64,000 bases of DNA from Azolla caroliniana (Eukaryota > Plantae > Polypodiophyta), in contig JBHGNT010000007.1 of NCBI GenBank assembly GCA_043228905.1, forward strand, positions 18,600,001 through 18,664,000, given 5' to 3'. The notes under the pieces are model-generated. The model had not been told where the DNA came from. It saw only the letters and a program-made list of their open reading frames with translations, and searched no databases. Of the stretch, positions 52,701 to 64,000 are shown one piece after another. Numbering within the stretch: the stretch's first letter is position 1; every line of letters starts with the position of its first letter. A program made the translations under genes and the position numbers.

Positions 52701-55700
52701 ACAACAAACTCATTGCATACATTACAAATCAAGTTGAGAAGAAATGCATTTAACTGCTGACAACGTGCATCTGCATCTGGCATTAATACCCACATGAAGG
52801 GAAAATGGTTATACATGAGTTTTGTACAACACCTTATGTTCTTCTAAATATGCTAATACAATTGTTTGGGTTTATGATGTGAGACATTTGGTTCACTATG
52901 GTATTCATCATTGTCTTCTACAAAGCCTAGAAGTATTTACATGAGATAAGTACATTTATCAAGGGCTTTTAGACACAGCAAGGCCTAACACAGTTATTAT
53001 CTCTACTGTTGAAAGGGAAAGTTTTACAGCCTGCAATCTTGGCCACAAGTAATATCAAAGAATACTAATAAGCTTATGTGGGTATTGCTATAATTATTGA
53101 TAGGTCATGCAATATGAAACATGCAGGTTATAGAAGAGTATTTCCAGAACTAGGAGATAATGGAACTTACCTCACCATGCAAAGGCTCACCCATTGCACC
53201 TTGATATGTTAGAGCAACCATGCGGAGGGTTGCAAAGGTGGGGCAATGCAGATGTTGGTCCAGCATCTGCATGTAGGAGGAGATTTTATCCCTCCTACGA
53301 TGGACTTCTAGGAAGAATGGGAAAAGCACTGCATCATCAGGCCAGTTATCCAAATGTATTTGTGTATGATCATGCAACAAAGCATAAAATGGTAATCGGC
53401 TCTTTGTTTCATCCACCAAGGCTTTGATAATATCCAAGCAATCATAAAGCCACTCCATCGCATCACGTTGCCTTGCCATGAATACATAAAGCTTCCTTTC
53501 TTCACTGATATCTGACCCCATTGCATCCCATGTGTGCACCCACTGAACCATGTGACTTAATGCTTCAAAACATGTGACAGGGTGTAAGAAATCTGATGTG
53601 TCAAGGGCTATTGAAAGTACTTTGCAAACAACTTGACGAAGCCAAGAAGCAGGTTTCGTTCCATTGGCAAAAGGCATCCCCTTGGTAGGCAATGCAAGTG
53701 AAGATGTATCGGTTGTCTTTGCCGGAGATTGAATAGTGGAATTGTCATTGGCTGAGTACGGAGGTGATCCAATGATTGCAGAAGCAGGGGAGGCAGGGGG
53801 TGCTGGTGTTGACACTTGTTGCAAAACCATAGGTGATGTATGGGAACCAGGAACTGCTGTATTATTTCCTACCACATTAGAGCTAGACTGCATCAAATGT
53901 CTAGGTGGGGAAGATGACTCTGTTGCAGTTGCAGATCTTAGGAGCATAGGTAGGAAAGAATCCCAGTTCAGTAAGCTTAGTCTCAACAAAGTATGAAGTG
54001 CAAATAATAGGAATTCTGTTTGGATTGTGTGACCACTGCTACTTATGAGCAATGCGGCCAAAATGGATTCAGCTACTAGTCTCAACTGTTCATGGTCCTG
54101 CAGAAAACAATCAAACCTATCATTGTAATTTTTTGAACTCATAACTTGCTTTTGCATTGTCAGAGATATTAATATGGTATTTCCTCCCAGTCCTTTTTTT
54201 TAGTGATGTACCCTAGTGGTATGCCAATGTTTTACTAACCCATGCACATGGGTTCAAATCTATTTCATTCCTCTCACATTGTTCTGAACATTGTCCTCTC
54301 CCTACACGCGTTCCTCTCACAATCACAATGTGCACTATTGAAAGCAACATTTATCCATAAAATTCTCAAACATTGACAGTCAAGTCACTAAATTCGACAC
54401 TTATTATGTACAAATGATTCAGTTTTGGTCCCATAGGTCATATTTGAGCTTTGAAAATGATAAGCAAATCTCTCTCTCTCTCTCTCTCTCTCTAAAAGAC
54501 ACTTCTTACACACATCAGAGGATGGATTCATCATCACAATAATACAGCCACACAAGCTCATCCACAAAGGCCAATCACAACTTTCTTTAGCCCCATCACT
54601 CCTACTAATGCTACGAGTCAATCAAGGGATACACAAATAGGCTCCTGACCAGGACAGAACAAAGGGGTTACAATAGATCGGGCAATAGCAATTTGTCATG
54701 CACATAGAGCCCTGCCCCAAGGACCACAACCGCAGCACCCTTGCCATTTACAGATAAAGGTCATTATCTCCCGCCATCGCAGGTGCTTCCCTCGCTTCGG
54801 AGACCTCTCCATTCTGGGTCGACCTATGCTAGAGATCTTTCGAGGACAAAAGATACAATATGTCTAACTTGAGAATCTCACATGTGCCAAAAATCAGATT
54901 CCCTCGTCTGTTTTTATCTTATTTACTTTTATATTTACTGAGTACTACTTATTCTATTTTCATTTGTTGTTCTCAAAGACGAGACAACACTTAAGATGTA
55001 ATCTCTTGTTTGGTCTTATAGGCCATTTTGGCCTCTTCAAAGACGTTAATATTTCTTTCTTTCTTCTTTCTCTCCCTCCCTCCCTCCCTCTCTCTCTTAA
55101 ATGGTCTTACTGGAAATTGGTTTTGCAAGTGAATAAGATCGTTTGCAAATTCTTCATCTTTTGGAACTCCTTGCTTGTCTATGTCCCTGATACGTTTCCT
55201 GAAAATAATTCTGACCAAGTCAACTAATTCAGAAGTTTGGAAAACACTACTTACAATAATTCTGTTATCCAACATTCAAGAATAAATATTATGGTGAACA
55301 TACATAAATTAAATATTTGAAGTCTAATATGCCTTGTAAATTTTTTCTTGAAAAGACTCGTTTACCTATTATTGTGTTTTTTCATTTATTTAATTTTATT
55401 GGCATCAAAATTCACATGACACGTCCAGATATGGATACTATGCAAATATCAATAGTTTATTTGTATTATTTATTGTTCTTATTTGCAATCACACATATAC
55501 CTAAGAGATAAGTAGAAACACAATTTTCTTCCACTTGATACACAGAAACTGATCCAAACGTGACAGAAGGGTGTGGAGTCCCATTGCTTCTTGATCAAGC
55601 TAGACATCAGACAGGAATATTTATAATTCTCTTATCATACTATGTGGCTATGTTATAGGCATAGCTTGAGACACCAATTCTAACAGCTAATCTTAATGGA

Positions 55701-57258
55701 TTTAAGGGTAAGATGAGCGGCAACCAGCTATTGTAGGACTTGAGACAGCTTAGAAGGATCTAGGACACATGCTGGCTCTTTCCACACAGCGTCTTAGAGA
55801 AATAAAAACTTTGTTGGTAAGGCAAAGGTCTCTTGTTGCAGGTATGTTATCTACTGGACTTCCAGGGTATACGGCATATTCAGTGGTATGGGATGCTGAT
55901 AAAATTTTGTATTCCTAGCTTATCCTTTGCTCAGAGTGGGAGGTGTGGTTAAGCACCCTTAATCCATTCTTTCTTTAATGGTTTAATATCATCAGTATTG
56001 ATCATAATAAGCGAGTACGGTTTTGGATTTTCTTCTTTTGCTTTAGAGTTCAATGACAAATCCCTTATGGTGTTATTACCCAAAGATTATAAAAGTGCAT
56101 GATTAATTGCGAGTCCTATATATACAGCACATAGATAATAACATCATGTTGCATTATATTCTATCTGAAATTTTTTCAATCAGTACGTAGGCATCAAAGA
56201 GCCTCTAAGGATAAAGACACTTAATCGCTCTTATGTAAGGCAGATCAACAACATTATTTTGAAGATCTATTTCCATAAGTGAACATTTTCAATCATTGTT
56301 GAAGCACTCAAAAAACAAAGGGTAAATAATATTCTACCAATACTGACCCAATATCTTTCCGTGTGTCCTCATTCTTAGTGTTCTTTGGGCCCTGCAATGC
56401 CATGATCATTTTAGCACAATGCTTTTATTTAATATTTTGACAACCATTTTTCTAGGAAATCTATTATATGAAGAAAATGAAAAGCAAATTTTAATTTTTA
56501 TCAAAATGCACACTGGGTTTGGAGCCACATCTCAGTTGAAGTTAGTAGTATTACCAAAGAAAAATACTGAATGTTTTAAATTCTAGTCACGCATATAATA
56601 ATATTAGGATATAAAAGAGATAAATACATTAAAATAGCATGCCTCACTAGATATAAAACATTAAAATTCGTAAATAAGACATCATTTTGATTGGTTAGAT
56701 GCTCTTGAAATCTTTTAATACTCATGAAATTTAGTAGCTTTTATACCAAACAAAACAGAAAACGTTATTAGAATGTGAGCACAGGGCTCGACAATGATGT
56801 CTTTTAACAGATTTGAGTTTTTTAACATAAAGCTATTAAAATGTAGTGGACATGACTCCTACAAGCACATACACATATTTTTTACATTAAACTATTCAAA
56901 TGTAGTTGAAAGAAGAACTTATATAAATATGAAGAAATGGGCATCAAGCTTACATCCATACCACTAGATAAATATTGAATAATTTTGATCATTTTAAGAA
57001 TTTTAGCCTAGAACTATTAAAAATTTAGTAGGGACATATATATGTATGAACGAACATTATTCTTACATAACCCATGGTTATAGAGTAAAGAGTTTTAATG
57101 TATTTAAAAGTTTCAGCATAAAGTCATCTTTTGCATATATATCTATATAGAAATGAACATAAATCTTACATACATACCCCTAGGTAGAGATTAAATATGT
57201 CTTGCACATTTGTTTTCAGGGCTTGTAATTGTATTGTTCTTGCATTGTTGGTCTCCAT
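37795..57258 (-). CDS. MED23: Mediator of RNA polymerase II transcription subunit 23, about 1590 aa
   Basis: 21 phase-consistent exons: 57258-57178, 56391-56348, 55198-55111, 54097-53171, 52679-52409, 50654-50407, 48905-48680, 48148-47892, 47648-47565, 47483-47389, 46063-45901, 41952-41704, 41624-41451, 41362-41252, 41173-41048, 40804-40653, 40571-40331, 40164-39423, 39064-38883, 38794-38691, 38002-37795 (4773 nt). Motifs IFNLYLG, MQMLDQHLHCPTF, LNYRLLPLYRY, FRLAENLC, DPGTYPQLVLETAVIE and LRVAFRIIGPLLPRL. Confidence 0.95.
42501..42740 (+). mobile_element. Two tandem short 3'-end copies of the same LINE, inserted antisense in the old copy
   Basis: caaagacgag..taagatgcaatctc..cctctt.aaaga.gtt.atat plus a TTTC tail, twice. 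Matches the 3'UTR at 51850-51948. Confidence 0.85.
43371..43816. repeat. 223-bp tandem duplication inside the old LINE
   Basis: ggggcactgatgctttgctc at 43371 and 43594, nearly identical. Confidence 0.9.
46749..47196 (+). mobile_element. Probable solo LTR (448 bp) in a MED23 intron
   Basis: TG...CA ends flanked by acaca on both sides (46744-46748 and 47197-47201), with internal tataaata near 47018. The TSD is low complexity. Confidence 0.5.
49455..49983. repeat. 261-bp tandem duplication in a MED23 intron
   Basis: aggacctattcaaatt at 49461 and 49722. Confidence 0.9.
50980..51948 (+). mobile_element. 5'-truncated LINE: ORF2 C-terminus with duplicated CCHC finger, 3'UTR and (TTTC)n tail
   Basis: Open ORF 50980-51741 LRTSSHQLQIEVGRY..ERICQLC..EEHYVCHC. 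Hairpin at 51896-51910 and tail at 51928-51948. Confidence 0.88.
54541..55070 (+). mobile_element. 5'-truncated copy of the same LINE family
   Basis: Colinear with 51429-51948, with the same 3'UTR, hairpin (55020-55034) and TTTC tail. Confidence 0.9.
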
Positions 57259-57988
57259 AGCTCAATTTGGTGATCCAGAATGCATGAATGGAGCAGAATT
57301 TCCTCTATCAATCCAACCTATAATAAATAACCAAACTTACATGGTTCATATCCTCATAGGTTCTATTTAGATCCCTAAAAAACAAAAGAGTAAAGGAAAA
57401 AACATATCATTTATATACTGCTAGGTTTTCTCTAAAACCATAAAATAATAAGGGAAATAAACACATGGTTTATATCCTACTATGTTTTCTCTTAAGTCTG
57501 AAAAAAAAAAGAATTGGGGGGAAAGACATGGTTCTTATCCTACATCATTTTATATGAAACCCTAAGCAAACAAAATAATGAGGCGAAAACACACTGTGAA
57601 CCGTTAAAAAACAAAAAATGCGAAAATACAAAGCGTTTAAAAGATTTTCTTTTCTCTGAAACCATAGAAAACCAGTAATGTACTAACCTTAAACAACCAT
57701 TTATATATATAAAAACATAACTGTATATACATGCTATAAAAGATGAGCTTCATCTTTTGCAGAAACCCTAATTTTCGGAGCGGGAGGGAAAAAAATAGCT
57801 CCCAGACTTTATTTCATCATGGAATAGACATTTACTACAATATATATAAATGATTACCCCGCGATAAAATCAACATTAACGAAATAAAAAAGAGGAGAAC
57901 TAGGTCTTTGGAAGAAATCCCCAATTTTTTCAGACTTGGACAAGAGAAAAACACAAAAAAAAATCAAAAAAAAAAAGAAGAAACTTAC

Positions 57989-58330
57989 GGTCAGTAGAAA
58001 GTTGAAGCTCGTCTACTTCAGAGCGTCAGGTCGATAGAATGATGGAGAGTAAAAGATGGGGGCTAAAGACCTCAGTAGTGACTCTGCGCTTCTCTGCTCA
58101 TTTTCTCTGTTTGAAAAAAACAGAAATTGAACCATTTAAGAACTGTGCTTCTTTTGCTGTTTGCTGTCTGTTTTTTGCTTTTTGCTTTTTCTGCTTTGCT
58201 TTTTGCTTTTAGCTAGGAACGACAACGGAGGAGATTTTTACTAATCTTCTTGAAAACTGCCGGAAACCCTAAACCGGATTACAAAAAGCAAATGTTTCTT
58301 TTTTGCTTTTCGGATATATCGAAGGTCTTG
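57989..58330 (-). promoter_or_regulatory. Probable MED23 5'UTR exon and promoter with telobox
   Basis: Donor acc|gtaagt at 57988, aaaccctaaa at about 58264, and a UTR acceptor near 57317. Confidence 0.5.
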
Positions 58331-59799
58331 CTTGAAAGGGTGAAAACTGGCGCGATTTAGGGGGTCAAGATTTACTCCATTGAATAACACGATTAACACT
58401 ACAAAACATGACAATTAACATCAATTTTAATCATCATGAAGTTAGCACATTATATGTCATTGAATTGTGTAAATGATTTGCATTGATACGTGATCATAAG
58501 TGAAACAATACATTTGGTCTCTCTAATTATGTGTATTGAAGTTTATCCAAAAGCATCGTTCTGCTTCTTAAGATAACTAGAACGGGTAATACCCTTGATG
58601 GCCATAACCCTCCAAATGAAAACCTTACCTTTGAATAAAATAGGAGAATGCCAACAATCTCCAACATGATTTTCCATCGCATGATGTGATGAACTTTGAA
58701 ACTTCCCATTCTCTCACAACCCTCCTTGGCATCCACTCATGTCGTTGGATTAATTTGGGATAGGCATCACTTGTTTTCACTTTGGCAAGGCTCTCATGTC
58801 CCTCACATGAGCAATCAATCTCGATTGAAGAGCCAACAAAAATGAGTGATCTGACTTTGCAATGCATACAATCCTTGAATATTCGACCAAATGAGTAATG
58901 TAATTGTTATCAATCCCAAATCTAGTTCTGCCTGTTTGAACATCATTAATCTTCTTTGGCCATCCACCATGGCATCTTGCACTAAATTCAAACCATCCCT
59001 TGCCATTCAATGAACTTGAATTTAGATCCAATGTCTACAAGACCTCCTTTTGCAATGAATTTGTAGATTCTCTGTCTAATGGAGGATTTCATAGGACCAT
59101 CCAACACCCTCTACCCAAAAGCTAGTAAATGACTAGCTATCATTAACCCAAAACATGTCGTATATTTATCATTATTCACTACATTCCACCACGAGACTAT
59201 TGTATTTGTTTCTCCAAATAGGATCCCATCCATTTCAATAAATAAGTCATGAACTTTATCCATGGTTAGCATTCCTCAAACAAACATCGAAATTAGAATG
59301 AGACTCATTGTGCCAACATGTGTTCATATATATTTAATATTCATGTCCCATCAAGGCTTGTTGGAGTATATAAACATGCTTCCATGTCACCCTAGGAAGG
59401 CTTGTGTTTTTATTCCTTTGACATAATAGAAAACTCGTTGAAGTTGCCAACCTATCAATAACAATTGGTCCTTGACTTTTTAGGATATCCATTGAACTAG
59501 GCTTGCATTTGATGTTGGGAATAAAGGACCATTTATGCATATTATTAGTGGGTGGGCATGAACATGTCCTCACACTTTAACCTTCATATATGTATATATA
59601 TATATATATACCTAAAAACCTAAAGGGAAGACACCTAAAAAAATGGATTATGCATCTCTATATCATTGCCTCTACAATGGTCTCTCTCTATATGTTTGTG
59701 TATGTGTGTGTGGTCCAATGATGTTAGTTTATTCAACGGGTCATGTTTTCAACATGCCTGACAGTCAACGCGATAGGTCACATTTCAAAGTAGGTGACA

Positions 59800-60557
59800 A
59801 TTAGCACAACTCACGACATGGCAACACAAGAAGGAGACAAGTAGTGGGTTGAATTTCATCACAATTCGCCCATGTATAGGTTCTCTACAAGCAATCCACT
59901 TATGCACTAACAAAAGCTTGCGATGCTTTTGTCAACTAATGTCTAGAGTTCTCTACTCATGGAAGAGATGAATCGGCAAAACAATGCATCCAATAGGACC
60001 TCTAATGCTTTGCATACCAAGGCTATGTTACAATAGAGAGGCAAACTTGATAGCAAAGCTCGTAGTAAAGATGTAGAATGGCATAATTGTGGCAAGAAGA
60101 GTCACTTTTTATGTGACTACTACAAACGGAAGAACGAGAAAGGAAATGGTATAAAGACACATGATAATGAAGATGATATGAAGGAATGAAAACCTAAGAA
60201 GAGCAATGTAAAATTGAAGAGCTAAATGTGGGCACTCATGACAGTGACACGAGAATGACATTCTTTGTCTCTTCATACTATAATCCACACAGGTTACTTG
60301 TAGATAAAAATGGTGACATGCACGCTTGGATTCTCGATTCATATGCTTCTTTTGACATTAGTGTTTTTCTGATGATACAAGGTTGACATGGTTTGTCCAT
60401 CTCAGGGACAACTATGCACACAACAATGCAAGTATTGGCACTGTGCATTTGTAGTTCCAATATGGTATTTTCTTCACACTTCAACATGTACGGCACATAC
60501 CTCAACTAAAGAAGAGTTTGATTAGCACATGTCAAATAGATGATCATGGATTTCACT
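59800..60557 (+). mobile_element. Degenerate copia gag-protease remnant, interrupted by a younger element
   Basis: HNCGKKSH knuckle-like (about 60080), WILDSYAS (about 60328) and VRHIPQLKKSLIS (about 60490). Confidence 0.7.
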
Positions 60558-61819
60558 TGACAAATTTCGTCCTCCACATTGTCGTCATGAGGCAAGGAGT
60601 TCAAACCATCATAGACCCCATTGGTGGCAAACGAGCAAGAACGGAATGCTTTCACTCACACTTCCTTCCATTAATGTTGAACTAAAAGTCCTACTCTAAT
60701 TGTTGTACCTTAGTGTGAACATTCCCTATAGTTAGGGCTCAGTTCCCTCTTGTATAACTAGGAGGAATTTCTCCTTGTACAAACTAACAAATGTTAATAC
60801 ATATCTTCTCTTTTGCTACTTGTGTATCTCTCTCTCTCTGTCTTTGTCTCTCTGTACATTCTTTCTCTGTGTATATCTTGAAACAAAACAATGATCACAA
60901 CACCTCACACTTACTCTACACGTGCTTTCTTCACATCAACAAGATCCACACTCACGCTTCTGCATAGGAATCGGCAACTGTTCGGTTTAGGCTTAACCTG
61001 TTTGGCCTTATCCATGCCAAACCAGCTAATCCTAAACCATTTTGGGGTTCTCAAACTTGAACTGAATCGATCCCTAAACTGGTTAAGCCAAAACTGAACT
61101 GTGGACCCGAATTGTGAAATGGTTTGGGAACCGGTTTGGGAGAAAAAAGCTGAAGATACCCAAAACACACCACTACCACTTCCTCCTACTCTTCTTCTCC
61201 TCCTCATAACTCCCACCCCCGTGGCCTTACCACTAATGAGTCAAACTCAACTCCAAGTCCCACCTCTGCGACTCCCTCTTTGTAGACTATTATGATTGGT
61301 CGGTTGACATCCATGAATCCCCCTACCTCCCACCACCCGAACCGTGAGGCCCGAGGCTATGACGATCTATTACTCTTGGTGATCCAATCTTTCTCCAAAG
61401 AATGTATATAGCACTCAACAACAAGGAGGTCCCTTAATCGTCCACTATGCAAGCTCTCTCTCCCTCTCTCGTCACTCAACAATATGTTGGCTATAGCTTC
61501 CTGTCAGTCTCTCTGTCAACTTTCAAGTTTTAACTTTTAATTTCTAACGATCTAATTTCTAACTTTCTAAACCCTAATTCTTAAATGGCTTTAACGGTCT
61601 GGTTTGGCGAGGCTCGAGCCAACTCAAGCCGAGCTCAACCCGTTTAGGTAGGCTCAAGCCTAAACTGAGCGAAGTCGAACTATTAAGTTGATAAACCGCT
61701 TTAGCTAAACAATTTAGGCTTGAGCCGAGCCGTTGTCGATTCCTACTTCCACAGTAGTTGACAACAGTCTACCGATAGACTACACACAATTATCGACTAG
61801 ACACTATTAAGTGTCATCA
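60558..61819 (+). repeat. 5' LTR of a second right-end copia, containing a MITE
   Basis: tga...tca ends, followed by PBS tggtatcagagc at 61822-61833. The left boundary is inferred from where the older copia frame breaks. Confidence 0.6.
60965..61745. mobile_element. Non-autonomous hAT-type element/MITE (781 bp)
   Basis: About 30-bp imperfect TIRs taggaatcggcaactgttcgg / ccgagccgttgtcgattccta. 8-bp TSD cttctgca / cttccaca. Subterminal gagcc/aaccg motifs. Confidence 0.85.
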
Positions 61820-61821
61820 AG

Positions 61822-64000
61822 TGGTATCAGAGCGATCTTGGAACTAGGCAATGTTGATATAAGAAGAGGTTTAGGGTTGTGAGATCAGAAATTTCGACAA
61901 ATACTTTGCCTTATGGAAGGAGATGATGCAGGATGTGTTGATCATTAGACGTAAGATCGAAGCGATCAGGCACAACAGTCGACCATCAACAATGATAGCT
62001 GAAGAATGGTGGTTTCATGACGAGATCGCGAGATCGCGAGATCGACAATCCGAATGCATATGGACAAAAATGTCTACTTCAACATGGTGAAAGAGTCGAC
62101 TGCATTCGCCCTATGGGAGAAGCTTCAATCAGTATATGAAAAGAAGTTACGTTGTTGTGCCTTTCGGTGCCGAATCGTTACGTGAGTCTGGTGGAAATCG
62201 CCGAGGTTTTGGACTAGGAGGAGGAGAAGTTTAAGGCTAATAAGAATATGAAAGAGAAAAGTAGGAACCTCGTGAATTTCATGAGTATAGTGAATTAGTA
62301 TAATTAGTATTAAGAATATCAATAAATCAACCCAAACTTTCAATAGATTGGAAGAGAGAGATAGGAAATCGTGAATCACACGAGTATAATCAATTCAATC
62401 AATATTTAGAAAACCCAAAATCGACAACAACCCTTTACAATTTGCTCCCCCCATCCTTATATAGTGATGGGAGAGTTTAAGTTTACCACATGCAAGCATC
62501 ATGCCTTTTCTAACTCTAGTGTTCATGCACACTACATGTGCACGATTGGGTTTCTATCACACCTTTTCATTTAACTCGAGTGTGTATGCATGAATAACTT
62601 TTTCTATCATGCTTATCTAGAATATTTACATAGGATAAAGTTTAGTACAACTTTAAAACTCATAATGTGCTAGTACAATGGTAAGGCTTAAAATCGCTAA
62701 CATGGAGGTACAGGGTTCAAATCTTGCCCTATGCATGTAACATATTTTCTCTTATTTCTTTATACTTAAGTCAATCGGGTACTCCACGCATATTTTACGT
62801 AGTGTACAAAGTACACTACGACAACGCTCCTCCAAACTCATCTTGATTTGGCAGTTGTTCAACATGAAGATGAGGGAGTTAGAGTCGACAACCTCCCATA
62901 CCAACACCTTTAGTCAAGTGTTGACCGAACTCTCCTTGCAAGGCTTGAATTTTGAAGAAGAAATCAAGGCATTTGCACTCCTTTCGAGCTTCCACATGAG
63001 ATGGGAAGTGTTTTGTACCACCATCACCAATAACTCGATGAACCTGACACTTGATGAAGTGATCAAGGTGGTGTTGTTCGAAGAACTTTGAAGAAAGTCG
63101 ATGGGACTCACCAATGACAATGTCGAAGCACACTTCTTTGGGGAATGGCTTAGAGAATCGACTACGACCAAAGCATGCCAAGAAAGAGAAACGATTGACA
63201 ACGGTCGAAGTCGAGAGATGCACCTTTGAATGCCTATTACACACACTACATGAAGGCCGACCACCAAATTGCCGACTGTTGGACATTGAACAAAAAGGGC
63301 GAAGGCTAAAGATTTGAGCGGAATACATGCTCTTTTGACTCGAATCAGCCATCATTTAGCAACCAAATCCATGTCGTCGAATCACTATCGGGAGAAGTCC
63401 TTTCATTAGAAGGCTCCTTGACCAATGAGGTCATGTATAGTGCATATCAAGATACACAAACGTGGTTGCTTGATTCGGGCGCCACCTTTCACGTGACCCC
63501 CCATAGAGAATGGTTTTCGAACTTTGAGACTAATGTCGGCTCGATTTGACTTGAAAATGCGCAAGAGTACAAGATCATTGGAACATGTGAAATACCCATT
63601 TGGATGTCGAATGAAGCATAATCATCGTACACCAAGTCTGGCACGTGTCCAATCTTCAAAGGAGTTTAATCTTCATCGACATGTTGGCCGAAGATAGGTA
63701 CAAGACGACATTGAGAGAGTCTTCATGGAAAATCTTGAAAGAAAATCTACACATAGACCATGGTGTGAAGTACAACAATTTGTACCCACCCACAATGTAT
63801 AGTTGGGAGGGATCACTCAACGTAGCGGAGATGCCGACATCGTCATTGTGGCTTAAGTGACTCGGCCACATGTCATAACAGGGCTTGAAAGGCTTACGAC
63901 ACTTGGCTACATGCCGAATCTTCAACATTTGGAATTCGACTTTTGCGAGCACTGCCAATATGGGAAGAAGACCCGAAGTTCTCACTCTACTCACCACGAG
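61822..64000 (+). mobile_element. Degenerate Ty1/copia internal region (PBS-Met, gag, PR, start of INT), runs off the window
   Basis: FALWKEMMQDVLI, QLFNMKM, WLLDSGATFHVTPHREWF and LGHMS...FCEHCQYGK, with stops and frameshifts. Confidence 0.85.
62153..62823. mobile_element. Solo LTR (671 bp) inserted in copia gag
   Basis: tgttgtg...tacgaca ends and 4-bp TSD acgt/acgc. Removing it restores the gag frame KKLRSSKLILIWQLFNMKM. Confidence 0.75.

Noticed and set aside
54211-54260. tRNA gene
   Set aside because: Only A/B-box-like remnants, with no acceptor stem or cloverleaf.
55560-55990. L1-type RT remnant (LIKLDI-like)
   Set aside because: One weak motif, too degenerate to call without a search.
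9747-57258. PAT1-SDG40-RopGAP-MED23 as a functional gene cluster
   Set aside because: The pathways are unrelated and there is no evidence beyond adjacency.
58500-59570. Degenerate CACTA-like transposase on the minus strand (ARDGLN-like)
   Set aside because: Similarity is too faint and no TIR was found.

Overview
Eukaryotic nuclear DNA from a land plant. Long TE-filled introns, (GA)n/(CA)n richness and the protein sequences suggest a non-seed plant, probably a fern (inference). I mapped four intron-containing host genes exon by exon: PAT1 decapping activator (+, CDS 9747-18794), SDG40-like SET methyltransferase (-, 21330-24252), RopGAP CRIB+RhoGAP (-, 25881-28369, possibly from 29220) and Mediator MED23 (-, 37795-57258, 21 coding exons, about 1590 aa). 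Mobile elements: a young but disabled full-length Ty1/copia (2972-8379); five pieces of one non-L1-looking LINE family with (TTTC)n tails in MED23 introns, two nested antisense in an older copy; a probable solo LTR in MED23; and a four-layer TE nest at the right end. The best leads are a tandem array carrying canonical heat-shock elements upstream of PAT1, the intron-dwelling RTEX-like LINE family, a duplicated PPT and hairpin-rich LTR in the copia, a telobox+GA cluster and hidden in-frame upstream exon at RopGAP, and many local tandem duplications. I cannot demonstrate a new multi-gene system from sequence alone. All coordinates and protein comparisons were done by eye or from memory.
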